A DNA stretch of 63,575 nucleotides, the filler included, from Octopus bimaculoides (Eukaryota), in assembly GCF_001194135.2 (NCBI RefSeq). It is 5 parts of 5 records of this genome, joined end to end, with 100 filler letters (N's around TTAATTAATTAA, not from the genome) between each part and the next. Parts side by side here need not be neighbours in the genome. Positions count along the whole stretch, not along the records: positions 31,070 to 42,010 come from NW_026358797.1; positions 42,111 to 46,182 come from NC_069010.1; positions 46,283 to 52,554 come from NC_069005.1; 2 more parts are not named here. One strand, written 5' to 3'. Every line of letters begins with the position of its first letter. The first letter of the stretch is position 1. Both the position numbers and the translations under genes were made by a program. The notes beneath the pieces were generated by a model, which saw nothing but the letters and a program-made list of their open reading frames with translations, was not told the DNA's origin and ran no database searches. This document shows, in pieces, positions 39,793 to 50,038 of this stretch.

Positions 39793-41654
39793 GGTTAAAC
39801 ACACACACACACACACACGCACACACACACACACACACACGCACACACACACACGCACATATATATATGNNNNNNNNNNNNNNNNNNNNNNNNNNNNNNN
39901 NNNNNNNNNNNNNNNNNNNNNNNNATGGTGTAAAGGTAACACACTTAGTCGCGTTCACAAAGGAATGTGGGTTCCACTCCCACATGGATGGGAAAGCCTT
40001 CGTTTTTTCCTGTCGAGGGTTTATATGCCCTTCTATTAGACTATTTTCCTTAGTCATTGCACGGTGATTGTCATAAGCTTTAAGCTTATATAGAAATACA
40101 AAAAATATATAAAATATATAAAATACAAAAATTGGACAAGAACACAAAACAACCAGACAGTTAGGGGATACAAAAAAGGGACAACAAAACATCCAGACAG
40201 ACGATACAAAGAAAACAAGGACGGGTCATTCGGAGTTTTCTTTCTTCAGTCGATTTCCAGATTATCCTTGCAATTTCGGCTGGTTATTCTCGATATTGCT
40301 CCAATCTGACCAGCCCCAAGGAAAAACTAAGCTAAGAAAACTGGAAGAAAGCAGCGAATGTATACGAAAACAATGCCGGGAAAAAAGACAGAGAAATATT
40401 ACACAAATACAATGGCAATTAACAGGACATAACAACAGGTGTCTTTTGACTAAGGACGAATTAAATTAAGCTAGCGTGTACATACATATTCACATACATA
40501 TACATACACACACGCAGGCACACATTTATATGTATATGATATATATATATATGTGTGGTAAGTAGCTAGGTGTAGGAGTGGCTGTGTGGTAAGGATTACG
40601 AAAAAGACAACAGACGAAGACAGGTGGTGTAAACAACAAATGGATGTATTAGCTTAACGCTCGGGAATAGAGAAAGTCTTTGACGTTTCGAGTCTACGCT
40701 CTTCAACTGAAAGGAACGCAGAAAGAAATAAGGAGAGAAACAAGGAGCGAAAAAAAATATAAATGTAGTGGTCAGCGATCTATCATGGCGAATGCCGGAC
40801 AGAAGGATCCTTGTTAGAAACCAACTCCTTCCTCGAAGGAAGAGTTTCAGTATTTAAAAAACAGAAGAGAACCGTACATGCATTTATACATACAAGTACA
40901 CATACATGATGGTTGGCAACTTGTAGACAAGTATGGTTATCGCTGACAAAGCAATGCCTGTGAAAAACTGTAGGTCCAAAAAGGCTTGCAGGACACCTTA
41001 TAGACCTTCACAGCCCTCACATTCTATTGACATGATCTAGAAACAAGCCAAGCCAATATAACCAGTGCCAATATGGGTTGCAGGCTCAGGAATATGGGAA
41101 CGCCATGATCCCAAGTGCAAACAAACTATGTCTAAAATGTCCAGTGCCATTCCTTGCATATCCAGTTTTATTCCAAAGTGACCTTCTCTCAGAGACATGT
41201 TTTAAGAGTAGCTGAGGAGTGCCTCACTCCCAATGGTCTTGCAGCACGCGAGGCACCAACCAAGAATTTCTGAGTGCCCATGATATCTCTAGATAGTCGT
41301 TGAACCCGCCTGGAGCAAAGTTTGGCTGAATTTGAGTTCATTCGGGAGAGAATACCACTCCTTAATTCATATGCTAGAAATTCGACGATATCTGGGACGA
41401 CAAAAATCTGCAAGACCTTATTAGGATTTAAGGGGTTATAAACAAGATTAAATACTTTTCTTCACAACCTTACTACAAATTAGGTGACCGGTCAAAATTA
41501 ACTCTAGAAAACAAAAGAGGAAAAGAAACGTACGTATATCGCATTTATTTCGCGGGTTTGGGTAAAGAAATTCTTCGAAAACTACTTATGACTGTTTCTG
41601 GAGACATGGCAAGAAACCGAATCCTGTTGCCACACATATGGCCTTCCAGTAGCA

Positions 41655-41972
41655 ACAGTCCGTCGGTTAAGACAACGAAGGTTCCAGTTAATCCGATCAA
41701 CGGAAAAGCCAGCTCGTAAAATGAACGTGTAAATGGCTGAGAACTCCGCTAACACGCGTAACCCTTAACGTAGTTTACAGAGAGGTTCAGCGTGGCACAG
41801 ACTGAGGACAAGGCTGGCCCTTTGAAATTCAGGCGGAATTAATTTTTGCCAGCTGAGTGGACTGAAGCAACGTGATGAAAGAAAGTGTTTTGCCCAAGGA
41901 CATAAGGTGCCGCCCGGAATCGAACTCACTGCCGTGAGTCGAATACCCTAACCACTAAGCCACGCGCCTTCT
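41655..41972 (-). mobile_element. SINE family C (CORE-like) copy
   Basis: Collinear with 36850-37165. Confidence 0.8.
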
Positions 41973-42199
41973 TTCTCACTCTTCCTCTTTCCGCTTCCTT
42001 GTGTGTGTGTNNNNNNNNNNNNNNNNNNNNNNNNNNNNNNNNNNNNNNNNNNNNTTAATTAATTAANNNNNNNNNNNNNNNNNNNNNNNNNNNNNNNNNN
42101 NNNNNNNNNNGGAGAAAAAAAATTGAATAGTGTTCAGTCAACGGTCAATCATAATAATATATATATATATCTGTAAAAATATGTGACAATTATTCGGTA

Positions 42200-42269
42200 G
42201 CCATGATAAAACTCAGAGTTTCAGATGTCGGGGCGCAAACTCACGCCGGTATCTCTTCAGTTATCGGGC
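42200..42269 (-). ncRNA. Type I hammerhead-like motif in a short repeat (probable PLE-end remnant)
   Basis: Minus strand reads gcc-c-GAUAA CUGAAGA gau...auc-u GAAAC ucuga GUU UUAUC-au-ggc. Stem I has 5+3 bp and the core is intact. Predicted cut is between 42210 and 42209. Confidence 0.6.
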
Positions 42270-42534
42270 CATCAAAAAAAAAAAAGGCATAGTTGTGACA
42301 TGAGAAAGATAAAACTCCACACGATCGTCCAGTGTTGAGAGGTTATGATGTCAGGGTTTGTTTTGGTTTTTCAGATGTCAGCAGCCAGCAACACATCACA
42401 GGAGGTTGAGCAGACAGTTGAGAAACGAGGGAGGTTGGTCAAATAAAGTAATGCCTTCAGAAAGTGCTTCCAATGCCATGCAATTAACTCCCACCACAAG
42501 GAAAGAAAGGGAGGGAAGGAGGAAGAAAGGGAGG

Positions 42535-42566
<32 letters not shown>

Positions 42567-42675
42567 GAAAGAAAGAAAGATAGAGAAAGAAAGAAAGATA
42601 GAGAAAGAAAGAAAGAGAAAGAAGAAGAAGAGATTCGACCCTAATCGCACAAGTGAAATAAATATTTCGTATCAG

Positions 42676-42825
42676 GACAATCCCCACCCCCTAAGACAAT
42701 TACTCCCCCACTGTTTAATTACCCCTTCTCCAGTATATTAAGAAGTTTTAAATCGTCATCTGTTGTTCTCGGGGGTAATTGTCCTTGGGGGAGAATGGTT
42801 ATTGTCCATGGGGGTAAATGTCCAA
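42676..42825. repeat. Short inverted-repeat element built of gacaattacccc-like units
   Basis: gacaattactcccc versus gggggtaattgtc, plus further degenerate units. Confidence 0.5.
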
Positions 42826-45222
42826 GACTCAAATAGTTAAAAACAAATTGTTGAAAAAGCTCCACTTTTGAAAAATATGCTCAGAAGGAGCGGTCGCTCG
42901 CTTTGTCCCCCTNNNNNNNNNNNNNNNNNNNNNNNNNNNNNNNNNNNNNNNNNNNNNNNNNNNNNNNNNNNNNNNNNNNNNNNNNNNNNNNNNNNNNNNN
43001 NNNNNNNNNNNNNNNNNNNNNNNNNNNNNNNNNNNNNNNNNNNNNNNNNNNNNNNNNNNNNNNNNNNNNNNNNNNNNNNNNNNNNNNNNNNNNNNNNNNN
43101 NNNNNNNNNNNNNNNNNNNNNNNNNNNNNNNNNNNNNNNNNNNNNNNNNNNNNNNNNNNNNNNNNNNNNNNNNNNNNNNNNNNNNNNNNNNNNNNNNNNN
43201 NNNNNNNNNNNNNNNNNNNNNNNNNNNNNNNNNNNNNNNNNNNNNNNNNNNNNNNNNNNNNNNNNNNNNNNNNNNNNNNNNNNNNNNNNNNNNNNNNNNN
43301 NNNNNNNNNNNNNNNNNNNNNNNNNNNNNNNNNNNNNNNNNNNNNNNNNNNNNNNNNNNNNNNNNNNNNNNNNNNNNNNNNNNNNNNNNNNNNNNNNNNN
43401 NNNNNNNNNNNNNNNNNNNNNNNNNNNNNNNNNNNNNNNNNNNNNNNNNNNNNNNNNNNNNNNNNNNNNNNNNNNNNNNNNNNNNNNNNNNNNNNNNNNN
43501 NNNNNNNNNNNNNNNNNNNNNNNNNNNNNNNNNNNNNNNNNNNNNNNNNNNNNNNNNNNNNNNNNNNNNNNNNNNNNNNNNNNNNNNNNNNNNNNNNNNN
43601 NNNNNNNNNNNNNNNNNNNNNNNNNNNNNNNNNNNNNNNNNNNNNNNNNNNNNNNNNNNNNNNNNNNNNNNNNNNNNNNNNNNNNNNNNNNNNNNNNNNN
43701 NNNNNNNNNNNNNNNNNNNNNNNNNNNNNNNNNNNNNNNNNNNNNNNNNNNNNNNNNNNNNNNCAGTCTACGTCGGCTTTTATGTGGAGAGGTTACATCT
43801 TATAATACTTGCTTTCTTGGCAAACGCAGACCCCACGCGACCTCCTGATATGTATCTTACGTTCTTTAATGACGATGTCGCCTTTAAGAAACATTCTTTG
43901 ATTACCTAAATGGATATTTTCCCCACCAAACATGAAAGAACGCCGAAAACAGAAACTCGGGCATGTAAACGAACATCAAAGCTAAGAGAGACGGACAAAT
44001 AGAGATACAGGAACGTTAACAAAGCTTTTATCCTGTCAGCAAGGAATAGATGACAAGAAAACCATAGCGATGGTGCGTCGCCCTAGTGTCCAATAGTGGT
44101 TTACATCAAGTTTATTACATCTTGTATGACAGTCCTTTTGACCAAAACATAAACAACTATTCCGTTTATAGGAAAGAAGACAGAAAATAAAGGGCGGCGA
44201 AGTGGCAAAATCGTTACCAGGCCAGCGAAAAGTACTTACCTGCATTTCGTCCGTCTTTACATTCTGAGTTCAAATTCCACCGAGGTCGACTTTGCCTTCC
44301 ATCCTTTCGGGGGTTGAAGAAAACCATAGCGATGGTGCGTCGCCCTAGTGTCCAATAGTGGTTTACATCANNNNNNNNNNNNNNNNNNNNNNNNNNNNNN
44401 NNNNNNNNNNNNNNNNNNNNNNNNNNNNNNNNNNNNNNNNNNNNNNNNNNNNNNNNNNNNNNNNNNNNNNNNNNNNNNNNNNNNNNNNNNNNNNNNNNNN
44501 NNNNNNNNNNNNNNNNNNNNNNNNNNNNNNNNNNNNNNNNNNNNNNNNNNNNNNNNNNNNNNNNNNNNNNNNNNNNNNNNNNNNNNNNNNNNNNNNNNNN
44601 NNNNNNNNNNNNNNNNNNNNNNNNNNNNNNNNNNNNNNNNNNNNNNNNNNNNNNNNNNNNNNNNNNNNNNNNNNNNNNNNNNNNNNNNNNNNNNNNNNNN
44701 NNNNNNNNNNNNNNNNNNNNNNNNNNNNNNNNNNNNNNNNNNNNNNNNNNNNNNNNNNNNNNNNNNNNNNNNNNNNNNNNNNNNNNNNNNNNNNNNNNNN
44801 NNNNNNNNNNNNNNNNNNNNNNNNNNNNNNNNNNNNNNNNNNNNNNNNNNNNNNNNNNNNNNNNNNNNNNNNNNNNNNNNNNNNNNNNNNNNNNNNNNNN
44901 NNNNNNNNNNNNNNNNNNNNNNNNNNNNNNNNNNNNNNNNNNNNNNNNNNNNNNNNNNNNNNNNNNNNNNNNNNNNNNNNNNNNNNNNNNNNNNNNNNNN
45001 NNNNNNNNNNNNNNNNNNNNNNNNNNNNNNNNNNNNNNNNNNNNNNNNNNNNNNNNNNNNNNNNNNNNNNNNNNNNNNNNNAACCAATCACTGACAAGTA
45101 TTCAGTTGTTTACATTTACTCCTTTGGCTGATTAAGCCATAGCTTCGTTTTATGTGCTTTTTTCATTTTCTTTTTTTTTTCTTCGTTTTATTTGCTTTTT
45201 TCTTTTTAAATTTGCTGTTTTA

Positions 45223-45258
45223 CCCTAACCCTAACCCTAACCCTAACCCTAACCCTAA
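45223..45258. repeat. Interstitial telomeric repeat (CCCTAA)6
   Basis: Six perfect CCCTAA units counted directly. Confidence 0.95.
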
Positions 45259-45724
45259 AAAAGATCCCCTAAGTGTCATTGTTATGAGTATTAGTGCAAT
45301 TACAAAAAGTAACGGAGAAAATGAATCACCTTGTAAGATTCCCTTTTTAATATTAACTTCTCCAAGGAATACATTACTTGAGTACAATTTGGTTTTCCAC
45401 TCTTTCATGCTATGCATCAGAAAATTTGTAATGTTGTCAGCAACACCAAACATCTGCAGGCATTCAACGATCCAAGAATGAGGCATCATATTGCCTTCTT
45501 AAAGTCAATCCAAGCCATAGACATGTTTGTATATTTTTTTACAATGCCTCAAAACTTTTATCGATGACCAAGTGATCCTTGGTACCATGAGAACTCCTCC
45601 TACATTTTTGTTCCTTTGGTAGTATTTCTTCTTGTACCAGGAAAGTGTATGTCTTTGCAACACATATTCCAGTGAGTATCTTCCAGATTATGTTTAGGCA
45701 TGCTATGGGACGGTACTTTCCCAC
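45259..45724 (-). mobile_element. R4/Dong-type non-LTR retrotransposon RT fragment
   Basis: YRPIACLNIIWKILTGI...EQK.CRR...GTKDHLVIDK; MAWIDFKKA...PHSWIVECL; IKKGILQGDSFSPLLFVIAL. Confidence 0.8.
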
Positions 45725-48073
45725 AATATTCCCCCTTTCTTCTATCTTTCATTACAAGGGTTCATTGTAGAACGTTCCTGTTCCTCATCCTTAACAGCCC
45801 CCTCATCATTCCCCTGGTCCTACTGTCTACTCTTCTCCCTGCTTTCAACTCCTACCTCTCTGTTTTCAACTCCGACCATCCGCAGGGTCTCTCAGACTCT
45901 CACTAGTCCAAGATATTTCTACTCCAGTTAAGTAACCCTTCCTCCTAATCACTCTCACTTGACTCATTAGTTTATATTCTGTCATTGAACACATGTAATA
46001 ACTTCTAAAATACGAAATTTTGTCAGAAAGGTTGAAAGTGAGAAATAGCACCAGTATACGAAGTTTCAAACTGTATAGTTAAAATATAACAATTTAAAAA
46101 CTCAATAAGCGAAACTGAAGAGATCCAGCATGCATTCTTTCATTCTTTTGAATGGGAAGCAATTTTTTTTTAAGCAACAAGANNNNNNNNNNNNNNNNNN
46201 NNNNNNNNNNNNNNNNNNNNNNNNNNTTAATTAATTAANNNNNNNNNNNNNNNNNNNNNNNNNNNNNNNNNNNNNNNNNNNNATATATATATATACATAT
46301 ATATATATACATATATATATATACATATATATATATACATATATATATACATATATATATATACATATATATATACATATATACATATACATATATATAC
46401 ACATATACATATATATATACATATATATATATATACATATATATATATGTATTTGTTTATACATATATATATACACACACACATATATGTATATATACGC
46501 ATATATTTATATGTATGTATACATACATATATATTTATATATATATATATACACATATATTTGTTTATGTGTATATATATGTATATATAAACACGCATAC
46601 AGGATTCACCAAAAGCCAAAGAGATAGACGAAATGATGCACCAATTGTCCACAGAAGAGATGTATGTCCACTGTTGCTGAGTTTGAGAAAGTAAAGTAAA
46701 AAAAATTAAGCCACATATTGACAAGCATTAAACATTATGAGTTGGAATATGAATTTAGTTAAACTGTTCAGTTGAACTGAAAAGAAAATAACCTGCTGCA
46801 CTCATTTGAAGTTTTGTCACAGAAGACAAATAATAGTATGCAGGTTGTGTGTGGAGTGGTGGAGCATGAAGAGAGCGTGGTGTTAGTAAGTTATCAGTGT
46901 TGTTTTGTATGTAAATTACACCCGGAACCATGTCCTGTGATGTGTTTTTTTCTTTTAATTTGATACTGGAGAAACGAAAGCGAGTGCTAAGCTCAAAACT
47001 TATTTACTGTTTGATCACTAACAGATCTTTGTAGCTGTTGTTATATTCATCCTTGTTGTGAAGCCCCTAAGGAAGCTCCAATGAACACTATGATGTACAG
47101 GCATTGGATTTAATGACAAAGCTATGAGTCATACATCTGTTGTTTTTCAATCAATCACCATGCCCCCTCCCCCTCTCAACTCTGATATGAAGAGATTGAG
47201 TGTGAGTGACTGCACATGTTGCAGTCACTTCCCTTCCACTTGCCTCGTATATTTTTGAGCAGCTGTTGTTGTTGTTGTTGTTAGGTCTAGCTCTGCCTTC
47301 ATTGAGCAAACCTATGAGGACTAAAAACATTCCAGTTATGCCCATCACCTCTACTTTCCAACATGCAAAAAATCCAGTACCACATTATCTAACATGTCCT
47401 TTTCTCAGGTAGTAAGGTGTGATGTGAGGAAGATTTAGCTAAGAATAAGTTCCCAATGGTAGACAGGTGGACACTTGCTGTTCCTCTACTCTTCACATAG
47501 ACGGTGTGGATCCCAACATTGTATTTAAAGGCTGATGACATCACTGATGGTAGCAGCTATATTTTGTGCATGTGTTTTTGGTTTACAAGTTTGTCTATGG
47601 AAGCAACAAAGTTTTAGGATGGCATTGTAGATGTACCTGGCTTTTGGGGGTGGTATTTAGATGTATCTGGTTGTTTTAGGATGGTGTTGTAGATGTATCA
47701 AGTTATTTTGGGGGTGATTTCACACATCCATCCATTTGTGTCTCATTTTTGATATTGTATCTTTATATAAGTGATATTTGCATGCAACTTGTGATGGTGC
47801 AAAGTTCAGTTTTGTGTTCTTTGTAGCTAGTTTAGAAGCTGAGTCAAGGTTGCAATAATATCTGATGAATCTAATATATTCTTTGTAGACCAGTTTTGTT
47901 GTTGTTGTTGTTGTTGTTGCAGCTTTGTTTTGATTGAATGTAGCAGTGTAGAGCACTCTTAAGTATGACAGTAGATCATTTTGCTTTCTTCACCATGTCT
48001 TCTGTATGGGTGTGTGATGAATATCATAAAGGTGTTGCATGCAACCCCTGGCATCTTGCTTCAGTGTGTGTGG

Positions 48074-48075
<2 letters not shown>

Positions 48076-48127
<52 letters not shown>
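48076..48127. repeat. (GA)n microsatellite
   Basis: Direct inspection. Confidence 0.95.
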
Positions 48128-48130
<3 letters not shown>

Positions 48131-48826
48131 TGTGTGTGTGTGTGTGAATGTGATGGTTGGTGGTATTTGATACTCTGTCTGCAGGTGGAGGCAGGTGACT
48201 TCATAGGTGCTCCTTCAAGTATGTTGATTTAGAACCAAGTTTCAAGATGAATGATGCAGAGGTTGAAGTTGTACAGCTAAGCCTGGAGAACGTTGAGGAG
48301 AAGGTGTGAGTGTGTCATCGACTGCACAGGAGTCTGCCGTGTGGTGTGCTTCGTCAAGTCATTGAAAGGACGGGTCCTTGCTGTACTCCATTTAAGATAT
48401 TTTAAACTTTTGAAAGTATTGTTTTTCTGTACAACATACAAAGATCTGCTGTTGATGGGTGAATGAGAACACCCGACCCCCCACTGCTAAATCTGTCCCT
48501 GGACAATGGTTCTGTTTCAAGGACCAGAGAAACATGATGCAAATACACAATGGCATAGATCCATACTGTTTTGTTGTAGATCTTTAGGGGACAGCAAACT
48601 GTACATAGATATAAGGACAGATTTCAAAAGTGTTTTGCTATCCCCTCCAGTAGGAAAATACAGAAGCTTTGGCTCAAACTATGGCTTACAAACTTCAGGA
48701 ACAGCTGGATAACACAGCCAAGAGGATCTACACTGGTATGTAGAATTTGAAGTATATCTATCACACATACAGTAAGCATATCACCAGCAATTGAACCTTC
48801 ACTCAGCTGTATGTTTTTTTTCTTTC

Positions 48827-50038
48827 TTATATCTGGCCTGGTGGTGCTCCAACACTTTGGAGGACACTATTGGTTATTAAAGCATCACAACAGATATTGG
48901 TGGGATTGCTGGATCGGCACGGATTTGTGTGGATCTTAAAATGTCTTTTAAGGAGACTCTGTGTTGCGAACGCTCCATTACACACTTGGCATTTGAATGG
49001 TCGAATCCCAGTGTGAATTGTAATGTGCTCCTTTAGAGAGCTGCTCCGGGAGAATGATGACCCACATTCAGAGCAATGGAAAGCTTTGATGCCAGTATGT
49101 ACTTGGTTGTGCTTCTTCAGGTCACTTCGTTGTATAAATGCTGCAGGGCACAGAGGGCATTTGAATGGTTTGATTCCCAGATGAATTTTGCGATGGCGCT
49201 TTAGCAGGCTCTGTGTTGTGAAAGCTACGCCGCAGTCTTCACACTTGAGTGGTTTCTCGCCATTATGAATTGCATGGTGTTGCTTTAAGGAATGTCTGCG
49301 AGAAAAAGCAGCCGGACAGCTTGTACACTTGAACGGTCTTTCACCAGTGTGGACTCGACCGTGTTTAACAAGGTCACTGTTTTGTGCAAAAGCGGCATCG
49401 CACAAATCACAGGAATATGGTTTGACTCCAGCATGGAGAAGTCTGTGCCGATTGAGAAGGCTGTGTGTGGTGAAGCCAGAACCACAGAATTGGCAGACAT
49501 ATGGCTTTTCCCCAGTGTGGCACATGCGGTGCTGTTTGAGTGAGCTGCGGCGGGAGAAAGCTGCAGAGCAGAGGTCACACAAGAAGTCTTTTTCTCCAGT
49601 GTGTGTCTTGCGGTGTTTTGAGAGGTCACTACGCTGAATAAAGGCAGCAGGACACAGGTCACATTGGTGTGGCCTGATGCCCGAGTGAATCATAGCATGT
49701 CTTTGGAGTAGGCGTTGAGTGGAAAAGGCTGATGTACAAGACATCACAGGGCATGGGAAGGGTTTGTCACCAGAGTGGTTCATTTTGTGCTGCTTGAGTG
49801 AGGTGTTGCGTGAAAATGCAGCTGGACAAACGTCACATTTAAAGGGTTTCTCACCTGTGTGGACACGTCGGTGCTTCACAAGGTCACTGTTTTGGGAGAA
49901 GGAAAGAGGGCAGAGGTCACATTGAAATGGTTTTTTGTCAGAATGGATTGTAGCATGTCTTTTCATAAGATATTCAGTAGCAAATGTAGAGCCACATGTT
50001 TCACAGCGAAAGGATTTTATTGGTACCAACTCTGACAT
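48827..50038 (-). CDS. Tandem C2H2 zinc-finger protein, 403 aa, 13 fingers, no effector domain within this exon
   Basis: Uninterrupted ORF with 13 C-x2(4)-C-x12-H-x3-H units (aa ~10-370) joined by TGEKP-like linkers (TGEKP, SGDKP, TGERP, TGIRP). GC content is higher than in the flanks. Consistent with the known cephalopod C2H2 expansion. Confidence 0.95.
   Translation of the reverse strand: MSELVPIKSFRCETCGSTFATEYLMKRHATIHSDKKPFQCDLCPLSFSQNSDLVKHRRVHTGEKPFKCDVCPAAFSRNTSLKQHKMNHSGDKPFPCPVMSCTSAFSTQRLLQRHAMIHSGIRPHQCDLCPAAFIQRSDLSKHRKTHTGEKDFLCDLCSAAFSRRSSLKQHRMCHTGEKPYVCQFCGSGFTTHSLLNRHRLLHAGVKPYSCDLCDAAFAQNSDLVKHGRVHTGERPFKCTSCPAAFSRRHSLKQHHAIHNGEKPLKCEDCGVAFTTQSLLKRHRKIHLGIKPFKCPLCPAAFIQRSDLKKHNQVHTGIKAFHCSECGSSFSRSSSLKEHITIHTGIRPFKCQVCNGAFATQSLLKRHFKIHTNPCRSSNPTNICCDALITNSVLQSVGAPPGQI

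Noticed and set aside
40214-40262. Minus-strand CUGAAGA...GAAU...GUC hammerhead-like string
   Set aside because: GAAA is broken and neither stem I nor stem II pairs.
49285-49925. Alternative-frame and antisense ORFs inside the ZNF gene
   Set aside because: Shadows of the repetitive finger codons, with no independent signal.
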